The notes under the pieces: generated by a model
What the model was told of the DNA's origin: nothing
Seen by the model: the letters and a program-made list of their open reading frames with translations, nothing else
Database searches by the model: none
Shown here: one piece after another, positions 11,001 to 24,455 of the stretch
Numbering within the stretch: position 1 is the stretch's first letter
Layout: each line of letters starts with the position of its first letter
Program-made: the position numbers and the translations under genes
Source of the DNA: Phallusia mammillata
Taxonomy: Eukaryota
DNA: 64,000 nucleotides
Direction: 5' to 3'
Assembly: GCA_965637545.1 (NCBI GenBank)
Contig: OZ281494.1
Span: 1,116,001-1,180,000, forward strand

Positions 11001-14000
11001 TTGATTGTCTCCTTCTTCGGACCCTGAGTGGCGATGAACTTCCTCTCGTTATCGTAACCCGGTATATAAGCGGCGTTGATGTAATCGTTTCCACCGCTTC
11101 CTTGCAAAACCACTCGAGCATGATCGTCTGTTGAACAAATATTAGGAATAGCGAATATCTTTTTGCTCGTGTTGCAGTTTCATGGCAGATGGCATTCATT
11201 AAATTTTTTAAAAGAAATTTTATAAGCATGTAGAAATACCAATACATTATCATGTTTGACTTTGTACGTTGTTTCCGTTTAATCTTTTTTGTCATTATGA
11301 GGAATTTTATTAGTTATAAACAAAACCATTGAAATTAAAAATTAACTATGAATAAAAATAATTTGCTTCTGCTTATAGGCTTTAGCTATCATGCTGTTTT
11401 GCTGCATTCTTTTTTGTCACTGAAACAATATTGAACAATCGATTCCGGCAATCAATTAAGTGTTCTTATTCTCGTTGTGTAAATGTTTACCTAATTTCTG
11501 CCGAAATGAAACATTCAGCAAATTTTGTAATCAGCACTTAACAGTTTAATACTTAACCGAATACTTACAAGGGAAAATATTCTTGTATCGGTTTCTCACA
11601 GCATTTTCTGACAACTGTGACACGTCCCTTGTTCTTTGGTTGTTTTTGCTCTGTTTTTCAATTTCCTAAAAGAAAACATACAACTTTTTATTACGATAAG
11701 CGTTTTTTCATGTCTTTGATAAATCTACTCTCTGTTTATCAAATCTGACCAACGAAATTAAAACCTGTACCATATAAGGGTGTGAAAAAAAGTATAAATT
11801 GCAACGTTGCCAAACAAACCTTGAACTCGTTGACAAATAGAAGTCCTGACTCGACATTTTTCTTGAACACGTCAAACAAGTTGCTGACTCTGCACCCGGG
11901 AGAAGGAGATAGGTTTTCATACGTAACGTTTTCTTTATAAACCAAAATACAAGGTGTTGCAAGCATGAATTTGTATGCCCTTTTTTTCAATAAAGTTCTT
12001 GAAAACTTTGTAGTGACTGAGGAGCATAACATAAATGCAAAATTTACCTGAGGAAGAAGTTTCGGTTGAAAACTCAACTCGTGAAAGCTGATCTTTGTTC
12101 ATCCTGCAATCCCAGAAGCTTTGTTTTTCATGTTTTATTTTATGCCTTCTTAAACTCAAGCCATACAAGACATTCTTTGTAATAGCGCATAGCGGTTTTG
12201 ATTTAGTCAACTAAAGGTGTGAATCGATTTTTTCAACATCAGTTAAAGCTACAACGTATTTTCGCCTTAAGTCATATTAAGTTATATCTGGACAAACCTG
12301 TGCCGACGTATAAAGGTAACCACCAGTCCAACCATGGCAAGTAGCAGAAGAAACAGCCCGATCACCAGTCCAGTAATCATTCCAACACTCGTTGCAGATT
12401 TTATGTTATCTCCAGGAAAACAACTTGGAGGGGGATTATCCGGAGTTGTCACTGACATATTGCATGTGATGTTTGTGTTAACGGAACCAGTGACCATGAC
12501 TGTGACCTGAGATATCAAAACCCATTTTTGTTTATTAGTTGCAAAGAAATGTTCGATTGAGAAGCATGCAAAAATGTAAATATGCTTACCAGAATTTCAT
12601 ACGAAGTAGAGTAAGTTAGATCTTGTATTAAGGTTGAATTATCTGAGTACGGAGTAGAGTATGTTTGATTCAAACCCTGCCCGTCAATTTTAACCTGCAT
12701 GTATTTTGCTTTTTAAATAACCTTTAAACAACACACAAATTCGCTTAAACCTGTGCTAGCAGATCGTTGTTGTTGATGAATTGATCAAGTCCAGTCCAAC
12801 TGACGAGGACAGTTGAAGCGTTGCATGAAAATGTCTCTGCAGTCGCGTTTACTACAAAAATCGTTGTCAGATTTAAGGTTTAAATTCCATACGCGACATG
12901 TTCGCTTACGTGGAGGATAGCAACTTGATGGGGGATTTTCATAAGTTGTTACTAGTTTGGATGTTGAGACGTTAGCAGTCAGACATCCCGTTAGCATTGC
13001 AGTGATCTGTTAATTTTTATTAGATGGTAAAATAGAATACTAGTTTGTTTAGGTTTTATAGTTTCGCTATCTTTGATGAAAGTAATTCGATACTGTTTTC
13101 GTCTCCGTTATTTTCAGTGGAAAATAAGAAAAACTAGGTTGTAGTCCAATAACTTGATTGATACTAATATTGAGCTGGTCATTCATAATGAACAAACAAA
13201 TTCAAGTAAATTATGTTCAAATAGTTTCAAACACACTTTACCTCAAAACTATATTGTGTTGCAAAACTTAGGTTTCCAATGGTTGTTGATAGATTTGCAT
13301 ACGGTGCCATAATTCTTCGGTTGAGCTCCAAAACATGAATCTCAACCTAAATACAACATTTACGAAAAGTTCAAATCGGGGATATTAGAAACGATTGCGG
13401 TATTGCAACCCTACAGAACAGTGATTGTCGAAGGCCTCTGGATTGTGCCAACCTCTTCCTCATAGCTGATGTACTATCTCGATTCTCGAAGATTTGTTTC
13501 GGTATTGAAGCGATATTTAAGAATAAATTAACATGTAGCTCTGAGTCCATTAAAACAGAGCATTTGTTTATTCGCAGGAACTTGCTTTAGCCTCGCTTGA
13601 CCCCTCCAAACACAGCTCCTATCATAGTTGTTGGCAAAACTTACGTAATTTAAATTGGGTAAACAAAACGTCTCGACAGATCCGCTGGGTGGAGCTCTGT
13701 AGCGAATCTACATACCCGCGATTGTGCCTTTTTCTCGCATTATCTCTTTGATCGTGTTTGTCTCGCGTAAAGTCTTGCTCTTCTTTAATTTTGCCTATAA
13801 ACACCGAACTCTCGCCATTGCGGTATATAATCTGTTACCTCTGCGAGTAGATCATAGCTTTCGATGAACTGATCAAATCCAGTCCAATTGACCACCACAG
13901 TTGAAGCGTTGCATATATATTTATCCACAGTAGCTGTGACTTAAAAGTAAATCATCTGGTTAAATGTCTATTTCGAAAGAAAAACAAATTAGGCTATAAT

Positions 14001-16094
14001 ATTACCAGGGAACATCGCAACATAAGAGAAGCTGTGTTTCAAATAAATCAAATCAACTTAACCAGATTGTTTGAAGTTTACTCTCAATTTCGAATCAATT
14101 AACTACTTACATTTCACTTGACAAGCGTAGTAAGCTGGTTCCCCACTGCAGTTCATGCTTGACTGCTCCCAGCCGATCCCATAATGCAATGCTCCCTGTT
14201 GGCAAGTTGTAACGTTTGAAACGGGAAAGTTTGCCGGAGATCCGTCGCTCCAATACCAACCATTCAACGACGTGTTGAAACGAGCTCCAATTAGGACGTT
14301 AATGTCTGAAACCATTTTTGTGATGATTTTTATGACAGGAGCGACACATTTCTATGGTTGTAAGTTTTTGAAACCAAACGCTCACCTGGTGCCAGGAACG
14401 ATCCTTTATAAGTTGTAAAGCTTTTGTACGTTTCATTAACACTCCACAACTTGCCTGCACGTGTGTTAGTCCGTTCATAATTGAACATAGCCTTTTGGCG
14501 CTTGTTAATGTTAACATCGGAAAACAAGGAATACTGAAATATCCATGCTACAAATAATTAGATAGCCTGATGTGAGGTGTTTGTTTTGACTGAAAAAGGA
14601 ATATATATGAAAAAAAACGTGTAGGTTGGTGTGATATAGATAGCAACTCGTGAAAATTAATATTTTTTTGTATACCGGTTGTTTTCATGAAATTATAGAC
14701 TGCCGAACTTTTATTCGATGCTTTACACAATGACCACATCACAACGCTGTTTGTCCTGCTGCTTTTGTTCGATTTTTGGTAGCCACAAAAGGGCTTATTA
14801 GCCCTCTGGTCACTTTGATTCACGTAATATTTCTAACGCTTAACGCTTGTTACGGTCTTTAGCTACAAGGGTATTTTTTGCTGTTGCCCAGTTACATTCC
14901 GCTACGTGGACATGATAGTCTTTTGTATTGTGCGTAAGCAAGGGTATTCCAACCATCTTGAAAACGTAACGTTAGTGGTGTGATATATTAGCGAGTGTTT
15001 AGCGCCGAGCACTCATTCAATATTGTTATTCTGTGGTCGGATTTACTCCACGTTGAATTCTCAAACGTATTTCCGCAGGTGTAGATATTGTTCGGTTCAG
15101 AATCAATAAACAAAACCAAGAAATTTCTAAGCCGAGGTCGGCAACCTTTCACCCGACGCGTGCCAATTGACTTGTTATTTCAATGTCCTAATGATCTCGC
15201 GTGTCAACCTTTTTTCTATATAACAGTGATTCGTGTCAGCTGATATTAATAATAAAAAGAAAGCACAGCACTTTGTGCATGTAAAGCTGAATTTTAAAAG
15301 ACGAAAGCCTTATTACTTACAGTGTATCACACAATCTTCTCCAATAGCTGCAATCCACCTCTCAGCATTAGGACCACTTGAAAAATTGCAGAAGTAAATT
15401 TGTTGCATGGTGTTTTCAGGATTGCTATTCAAGAAATTGCATGGTTTTATTGTTACAGATGTGTTAATGTCAAAATCTATTACCTCTTATACAAGTCGAA
15501 ATACCACAGTTGTCCGAGTAATTCCGCACTATTCCAACCATCTTCAATCGAACTATTTGAGTATTTGTATCGTTCATGGTTGACCAATTTGTAAAAAATA
15601 TAAATTCTCTGCAAATCTGAATTAAACGATGTTTGTTATTTATTTTAACACAAATATTTCAAAAAATAAAATATGCAGCCATGAGTAAAGTCGTTTTGCA
15701 ATAATGATTTAAATCCTTTTTTGTGTCAAAATAAGTTTGTTGTTAGATTTGTGGAATACAAGTTGGGGTAATAAACTATTATCAACTTAAACCTGTTGTA
15801 TATTTGTCTGTCATGAGTTGAGTGAGAGTTGTGTTGATCTGTGGATCATCAGTCATTGCAAGATTTCCACCCAGCAAAGAACATTTCTCCTGTGCAGTGT
15901 TTGCATCCACAAGTTCATCAGATAACATCAACACACTGTCCTTCACTGCTTGCATGGTTTTGTTACAATCTGACAAAGAAATGAATGAATGTTATAGCGT
16001 TGCTGTGATTGTTTACAGTATTTTTCTTCTTACTTGCAGCTGATGACCATTGTGCAAGCAGCATCACGAAAAATGCCACAGACCTGTTTATCAT
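8015..16094 (-). pseudogene. G8: CTLD-CTLD-FN3x2-TM-PTP(D1)-PTP(D2) receptor tyrosine phosphatase with disrupted phosphatase region
   Basis: Signal exon 16034-16094; TM exon ~12297-12510 (GMITGLVIGLFLLLLAMVGLVVTFIRRHR). D1 motifs [27 protein letters not shown] and [11 protein letters not shown]2 exons end [24 protein letters not shown] (stop 8015-8017). TGG->TGA in the KCEKYW(P) motif at 10671-10673, and the D2 'C-S' splice donor near 8505-8530 is missing relative to paralogs. Confidence 0.75.
12730..14330. repeat. Recent duplicate block shared with ~19480-21050 (G7) and ~31610-33110 (G5)
   Basis: Near-identical exons and introns. The ORF track shows matching translations at 12785/19531/31667 and 13622/32505. 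Confidence 0.85.
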
Positions 16095-17929
16095 GTTAAA
16101 AAAGTTCTGTGCTTCCACTGCTTTTTTATCCATGCAACAATGAGCATTTACTAGTTCAACTAGTTTACTTTAGTAAAACAGAACACAAGAGACAGTTGCA
16201 CTTGCCACATATCACCGTTTTTTTCCATGCGGCAACTAAACTGAAAATTACTATTCACTTCAAAACAGCCCATTGGCATTAAACTGCTTCACGTCAAAAT
16301 AAAACGTCAGTTATTTCGCGTATTTTGACGTAAGAAATATCTGGTGCAAATTAACTGACTGGTTTTAATGGTATACTACCATCAAGACGCTCGTTATTGC
16401 GAAACCTCTCTGGCTAAACAAAAATCCACGCGAATATGATAAACTTAAATTTTTAGCTGTCAACGTACCGTTGCACCTACAGAAACGAAAGTAATTTGGC
16501 ATTTTTCAATGTTCGCATTGACGTTGTCTGTTTACCGATTTGTTTAATCGCGTGTGACCTATCGCAAACATTATGTTGGCGAGTGATAAATATTTACTGA
16601 ACCTAAAATTAACGGGTTCGTTTCACTTTACGACATAAAAGCTCGTATAATGAGTTTTGGCCAACGTGTATTTCGTTATTCATTAGAATCACATAAACAA
16701 TCGTAAAAGCAAGTCTGCACACGACAGATTTTACTTTCCTTTTACAAAATACTTTTCTTGTTGAAAGTCTACGAACATCACGTATTAAGTAGCATGGATT
16801 AGAACAGAAACAATCATCAGAATACGATTCACGTGCAACAGTTTTATTTTACCTTTTTAAAAATACGAATCTAACATTTGAACGTCTACTTGTGCCGTTT
16901 AATTAACAAGATCAAACAAAAGGCTTGATCATTTAAACACATTTTTTGTGATCAAACAATTTATATGTTATATGCTGTGAAAAAAACTTTCGCTTAACAG
17001 CAATTTTAAATCTGTTATGACTTTAAACACCGTACTGCTTCACCTAAAGAAACGCATGTGGGTTTACGATTCTGCCATTAACGTTGTCTGTTTATTGACT
17101 GTTTATTGGTGACTAAACTTAAGTTTGTTTGTCTTGTGCAAACGTCTTGTTGCTTAGTAGTAAATTATTGCAGATTTTTTTACTGATTTCGGTTGAACTT
17201 GTGCTAACTTCTAGCTCATCTTCGGCCGTTTTCACTGGCAAGTGCAATACAATAGTAAAACTTGTCACAAACTATCAATACTTGTTATATATTGGAGAAC
17301 TACGAGTGTCACGTTTACGAAAAAAACTTGTTCTGTTGGTCTGTTTGTTCAAATAGATAAATCACAAACTTGCAAACTCCTGTTTCCACTATACGGGTTT
17401 TTATCAGTGCAACTTATAACAAATCATAGATCGTTTTGGTTCGTGTAGTCCTCTAACGCCATGACTTTTCAGCTTTTCATGCTCGATGTGCCGTCAGATT
17501 CTTATTGTAGTCAGTGCAGCCTATGTCTTGTCACCAGACGGCTAAAGTTCTTTTTTTGTTCTTTTATAATAGCAAACCCCTACCAGACGTATTTGTGGAT
17601 AAAGAAACTCAATTTCCCGGTTATTTTTGTTTTAGGTTTTACACGACGAATTAAAAAAAATGCAAAACCAAAAGGTTTTTGTTTGCCTCCAACTACCGAT
17701 AAAAACTTTTATCGTGTGCAACAACAACTGCTTCAACAATTAATAAATGCATCACGTCACATAAAATGCAATAACTAGACACTCCAGACAGGATCGTAGC
17801 TAGTAGCTTAATTAAACGAATTTATATGATGGTATTGAGAACATTTCATTTGGAAAAAACAACGGTAAAATAAACCAAACAAGACATGCAACACATAAAG
17901 CCAAATGACAATGGTCAGATTTGACAAAA

Positions 17930-20900
17930 TTATGTTATTGTTTCGTATGTAGGGTTTTGATTCGTCTGTTCCAGGTTGATAACGGTTTCGTATTCGTGAT
18001 CACCCCTTTCGTATTCGAACAGGTTTCCGTTGGTAAAGGGCACTACAACTAAAGAATCAAATGATTTAAACTGGAAGTTTATTCTACATTACGATTTTCT
18101 TACCATCTACTCTTTTGTGTGGAAACGGGGCTTGTGTCGTTTGCTTTTCCGGTTGTCTATTCTGATTTGTTCTGAAAAAAAAAAAAAAAAAAAAACAATA
18201 ATAAGTTATTTCTTCACTATTTTTCGCTGAAAACACATAATTGTGTTTTTTCACATTTTTCTTCCCCAAGATCAGACGTAATGCATTCAAAAAAATACTG
18301 AATTACTAACATTTACGGTGTAAAATTCGTACCTGCGTATACGACGTATAAAGATGACTACCAGCACAACAATTACAAGTACCAAAAGTAACAGCCCGGT
18401 CACCAGACCAACAATCATTCCAACATTCGTTGCAGGAGTGGCCGTGTTATCTCCAGGAAAACAGCTTGAAGGGGGATCACCAGGAGTTGTTACTGTCAGA
18501 TTGGATGTGATGTTTGTGTTGATTGAACCAGTGACAATCACTGTGACCTACCATCACAAACATACGTATTGGTTGCGTGAATGTTATGTTGCGGACAAGC
18601 TTTTTACGTTATTTTTTCTGGTAAGCCAATGCTTGTTCAATTGACACCAAGAAAGGCATTAGTCTTTTACCTCAATGACATACGAAGTAGAGTGAGCGAG
18701 ATCTTCTATTGTTGTGGAGTAGTCAAAATACGGAGCAGAGACTGTTTGATTCAAACCGTCCACTTAAATTTCAACCTGCATGTATAGTGACATCAAATAA
18801 ACGTTTCGCAACATACAAACTTGGTTTAAACCTGAGCTGTTAGATGGTTGTTGTTGATGAAGTGATCAAGTCCAGTCCAACTGACAAGCACAGTTGAAGC
18901 GTTGCATGGAAATATTACTGCAGTCGTGCTTACTGCAATACAAATCAGAAAAAACGCTGTTTCTGGTTCCTGAAGTTTGTGTTTGCTGACATAGTTTTCT
19001 CGCTTCGGAATTATGGTTGCGAAACACAGGTGTGTTTTTTTGAACTATGTTTATTTTCCAAAACTTCAGTGCAACACGAAACCAAATCACGTTTGTTTTC
19101 TGAGATATATTTTACCTTTTGGGTAACAGCTTTGAGGGGGATTGCCCGGAGTTGTTACTGTCAGATTGGATGTGATGTTTGTGTTGATTGAACCAGTGAC
19201 AATCACTGTCACCTAAAATACTCAAATTACGTAAATGCATTGCGAAAAAAAAGTTTAAACTTAAAGTTGATAGTAAACAGAAGGTGTCCTGCAACTATAC
19301 TTGTTTAATTGACTGAATTAAGAAAAAATGTTTTCACCTGAATTTCGTAGAATTTTGAATAAACCAGATCTTCTATTAAAGTCGAATTGTCAGAATATGG
19401 AACAAAGATTGTCTCACTTAAACCCTCGACTTGAATCACAACCTGTTTTAGATTCGTTTTAATTAACGTATTAACAAAGACAAACTCGATTCAAACCTGC
19501 GCTGTTAAATCGTTGTTGTTAATGAATTGATCAAGTCCAGTCCAACTGACAAGCACAGTTGAAGCGTTGCATGAAAAAGTCTCTGCAGTCGCGTTTACTA
19601 CAAAAATCGTTTTCAGATTTAAGGTTTAAATTCCACACGCGACATGTTCGCTTACGTGGAGGATAGCAACTTGATGGGGGATTTTCATAAGTTGTTACTA
19701 GTTTGGATGTTAAGACGTTAGCAGTCAGGCATCCCGTTAGCATTGCAGTGATCTGTTAGTAATATTAGATGGTAAAATAGAATACTAGTCTGTTTAGGTT
19801 TTATAGTTGAGCTTTCTTTGATCAAAGTATTTCGATTCTATTTTCGTTGTTATTTTTAGTGGAAAATAAGAAAAACTAGTTTGTAGTCCAATAACTTGAT
19901 TGATAGTAATATTGAGCTGGCCATTCATAATGAACAAACAAATTCAAATAAATTATGTTCAAATAGTTTCAAACACACTTTACCTCAAAACTATATTGTG
20001 TTGCAAAACTTAGGTTTCCAATGGTTGTTGATAGATTTGCATACGGTGCCATAATTCTTCGGTTGAGCTCCAAAACATGAATCTCAACCTAAACACAACA
20101 TTTACGAAAAGTTCAAATCGGGGATATTAGAAAAACGATTGCGGTATTGCAACTCTACAGAACAGTGATTGTCGAAGGCCTCTGGATTGTGCCAACCTCT
20201 TCCTCATAACTGATGTACTATATCGATTCTCGAAGATTTGTTTCAGTATTGAAGCGATATTTAAGAAGAAATTAACATGCAGCTCTGAGTCCATTGAAAC
20301 AGAGCATTTGTTTATTCTCAGGAACTTGCTTTAGCCTCGCTTGACCCCTCCAAACACAGCTCCTATCGTAGTTGTGGACAAAACTTACGTAATTTAAATT
20401 GGATAAAGAAAATGTCTTGACAGATCCGCTGGTTGGAGCTCTGTAGCGAATTTACATACCCGCGATTGTGCCTTTTTCTCGCATTATCTCTTTGAACGTG
20501 TTTGTCGCGCGTGAAGTCTTGTTCTTTTTTTTAATTTTGCCAATAAACACTAAAATCTCGCCATTGTGGTATATAATCTGCTACCTCAGCTTGTAAATTG
20601 TTGTCTTTGATGACCTGATCAAGTCCAATCCAATTGACCACCACAGTTGAAGCGTTGCATATATTTTTCTCCACAGTAGCTGTGACTTAAAAGTAAATCA
20701 TCTGGTTAAATGTCTGTTTCGAAAGAAAATCAAATTAGGCTATAATATTACCAGGGAACATCGCAACATAAGAGAAGCTGTGTTTCAAATAAATCAAATC
20801 AACTTAACCAGATTGTTTGAAGTTTACTCTCAATTTCGAATCAATTAACTACTTACATTTCACTTGACAAGCGTAGTAAGCTGGTTCCCCACTGCAGATC

Positions 20901-22806
20901 ATGCTTGACTGCTCCCATCCGATCCCATAATGCAACGCTCCTTGCTGGCAAGTTGTAACGTTGGAAACGGGAAAGTTTGTCGGAGATCCGTCGCTCCAAT
21001 ACCAACCATTTAACGACGTGTTGAAACGAGCTCCAATTAAGACGTTAATGTCTGAAACCATTTTTGCGATGATGTTTAATGACACGAGCGACAGATTTTT
21101 ATGATTTTAGGTTTTTGAAACCAAACGCTCACCTGGTGCCAGGAACGATCCTTTATAAGTTGTGAAGCTTTTGTACATTTCATTAACACTCCACAACTTG
21201 CTTGAACGTGGGTTAGTCCGTTCGTAACTGAATATATCCTTTTGGCGCTTGTTAATGTTAACATCGGAAAACAAGGAATACTGAAATATCCACGCTACAG
21301 ATAATTGGCTAGCGTTATACAAGGTTTTGTTTTGACTGAAAATATAATATATATGAAATTAGAATATATATGAAAAAACGTGTATGTTGATGTGATATAG
21401 ATAGCATGAAAATATCTATGACTTGAATCTCAACATGTATGCTCATGAAAAATAAATGTTTATATACCGGTTGTGTTCTTGGAAATTTCGACTGCCGAAC
21501 TTTTATTCGATGCTTCACACCATGACCACATCACAACGCTGTTTGTCCTACTGATTTTTTTATATTTTTGGTAACCACACAAGGGCTTATTAGCCCTCTG
21601 GTCACCTATATTCATGTAATAGTTCTAACTCTTTGTTACTGTCCTTAGCTACAAGGGACCTTTTTTGCGGTTGTCCAGTTACATTCCGCAACGTGGACAT
21701 GATAGTCTTTTTTTATTGTGTTTATTGTGTGTTAGTTAGGGTACTTGAAATGGTACAATCGGATTTACTCCACGTTGAATTCTCAAACCTATTTCTGCTG
21801 GTGTGGATATTGTTTAGTTCAGAATTAACAAACAAAATCAACCAAGTTATACGGCACCAGTCGGCAACCTATTAGGAGACGCGTGCCAATTGACTTGTTA
21901 TAGCAATGTCATAATAACCTCACGTGCCAACCTTTTTCTATATAACAGTGGTTCGTGCCAGCTGATATCAATAATAAAAAGAAAACAGAGCGTTTTGTGC
22001 ATGAAAGGCTAAATTTGATAAAGCGAAGGCCTTTATACTTACAGTATATCGCACAATCTTCTCCAATAGTTGCAATCCACCTCTCATCATTAGGACCACT
22101 TCCATAATTGCAGAAGTAAATTTGTTGCATGGTGTTTTTAGGATTGCTATTTAACACATTGCCTATTTTATGGTTGCAGGTGCGTTAATGTCAAAATCTA
22201 TTACCTCTTATACAAGTCGAAATACCACAGATGTCCGAGTAATTTCGCACTATTCCAACCTTCTTCAGTCAAACTATTTGAATATTTGTATCGTTCGTTT
22301 GGAAACGTGTTGTAAAAAATATAAATCCTCTGCAAATCTGAAACGCTGTTTGTTATTTATTTTTTCACAAATATTTCAAAAATAAAATATGCAGCCATGA
22401 GTAAAGTCGTCTTTGCAATAATGATTTGAATCCTTTTTTGTGTCAAAATAAGTTTATTGTTAGATTTGTGGGATACAATTTGGGGTAATAAACTATCATC
22501 AACTTAAACCTGTTGTATATTTGTCTGTCATGAGTTGAGTGAGAGTTGTGTTGATCTGTGGATCATCAGTCATTTCAAGATTTCCACCCAGCAAAGAACA
22601 TTTCTCCTGTGCAGTGTTTGCATCCACAAGATCGTCAGATAATATCAACACACTGTCCTTCACTGCTTGCATGGTTTTGTTACAATCTGACAAAAAATGA
22701 ATGTTATAGCGTTGCTGTGATTGTTTACAGTATTCTACTTCTTACTTGCAGCTGATGACCATTGTGCAAGCAGCATCACGAAAAACGCCACAGTCCTGTT
22801 TATCAT
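17930..22806 (-). pseudogene. G7: CTLD-CTLD-FN3x3-TM receptor with short dual-tyrosine tail; nonsense codon in the last FN3 module
   Basis: Signal exon 22746-22806; TM exon 18333-18547; tail exons 18104-18171 and 17930-18048 are phase-consistent and give ...FEYERGDHEYETVINLEQTNQNPTYETIT*. GTT GAA ATT TAA at 18764-18766, where the paralogous G9 exon (~300) has CAA. Confidence 0.75.
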
Positions 22807-23007
22807 GTTAAAAAGTTCTGTGCTTCCAATGCTTATTTATTCATGCAACAAACGTCTAATTGGAAACAAATGACAGCATTTACTAGTTCAACTAGTTTAC
22901 TTTAGTAAAACAGAACACAAGAGAGATTTGCACCTGCCACATACCACCGTTCTTTCCATGTGGCAACTCGAACTAAACTGAAAATTACTGTTAACTTTAA
23001 AACAGCC

Positions 23008-23898
23008 TGATGCATTGCTTTGCTGCGGTTTTTAAAATCTGGAGAACATAACAAGTTCTAGAACCTGGACAACTTTACAAGTTACAGAACCTGGACAACT
23101 TAACAAGTTACAGAACCTGGACAACTTAACAAGTTAGAGAACCTGGACAACTTAACAAGTTCTAAAATCTGCACAAGTTAACAAGTTCTAGAATCTGGAC
23201 AACTTACACTTCCTAAGTTCTGAACTCTTGCGTTTCAGGCAACTCCAGTTTGTAGAATCAAACCTGAGGTTAAATGTGTAGCACTGAGGTGCAAAGTGCG
23301 AGTTGAAAAATTCTGCTGTTGTTTTCCTTGTGACAACATTCGGAGCAAACGTAATCTTAAGTACACCTGCGTGAGTGGTAGCATATTTGTTTTACCCTTT
23401 GTAATTTATTAACCTGTATAAAAATGTTGACTAGTTTTTTGTATTGGTATTTTGTCCATTGTCACTCGGTGGACAGTGTTTGTTGTTTATCATAATAACG
23501 AATGTTTGACTAGATTACCAAGATTTTAAACAAATTATGATTACTGTGTCATTACTGTTTATCTTATTCACCTATCTGTGTCAAATCATAGTACGCCAGA
23601 CCTATTGATTACATAATATCTTATAGTGCGCTATCAATGGCGTTATATTTTAAGGGGCTGGCGTACAATGACTTATAAATGAGTACATCGTGATCGCTGG
23701 TCTGCACGAACGCCTACAAGCTGATTCCAGTACGACTGTGTGTTCACCTTAGCTATCTGTATTAACTTATTTGCTGGTGCATTGATTATTATTGCTGTTA
23801 TTGCAACGTTACTTTTACTTGATTTATTCAACGCATGGTTAAGTATTGATCAGCTTGGTTACGATTGGTTGCTGTTAAATGTGTTTATCTGATTAGCA
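23008..23898. other. ~0.9 kb sequence unrelated to the array, joining the truncated G7 upstream region to the truncated G6 fragment
   Basis: Homology to paralogous upstream blocks stops after 'aaaacagcc' (23007). Homology to CTLD exon 3 starts at ~23899. The segment between has no counterpart elsewhere in the window. Confidence 0.6.
23034..23214 (+). repeat. 26-bp minisatellite, ~7 copies (AGAACCTGGACAACTTAACAAGTTAC)
   Basis: Units read directly at 23034, 23060, 23086, 23112, 23138, 23164 and 23190. Confidence 0.9.
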
Positions 23899-24455
23899 GA
23901 TCGAAATACCACAGATGTCCGAGAGATATTGTACTTTTCCATAAATCCTCTTTGGCCGAATTGTTTGAGTATTTGTATCGTTCATGTTTGTCTTCGTAAA
24001 AGATATAAATCCGCTGCAAATCTGAGAAGTTTTTTTGCAATGCAGTTGAACATGAGCATTTTTCAACAAAGGGTAACTACGCATTTACAGTCTTTCACCG
24101 GTTTTTAGTGCCGTTGAAGTATATCTGTCTGCTTACAAACGAAATAAACATAAGTACAAACCTGTCGTATATTTGTCTGTCATGAGTTGAGTGAGAGTTG
24201 TGTTGATCTGTGGGTCATCAGTCATTGCAAGATTTCCACCCAGCAAAGAACATTTCTCACAAGATCATCAGATAATATCGACACACTGTCCATCACGGCG
24301 TTCAGTGTCTTTGTGCAACCTGTCAATAAATGTTATATGTTTGCTTTGTATTTCTTTCCAAAATATATTTGGTTTCGATGTAACTTACTGTTGTGTTGAG
24401 TGAGTGAGTAGTGGACAAGAAACAACAACATCACAACCTTGTGACCAGAGATCAT
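23899..24455 (-). pseudogene. G6: 5' fragment (signal exon plus two CTLD exons) of a G2-type receptor gene, frameshifted and truncated
   Basis: Exon 1 24389-24455 MISGHKVVMLLFLVHYSLTQHN, paralogous to G2 exon 1. Exon 2 lacks 19 nt (GATGCAAACACTGCACAGG) at 24257/24258. Exon 3 breaks off at ~23899. Confidence 0.8.

Noticed and set aside
18175-18194. Long A-run as a retroposon poly(A) tail
   Set aside because: It is the polypyrimidine tract of the minus-strand acceptor of the G7 tail exon; the same tract occurs at ~51325.
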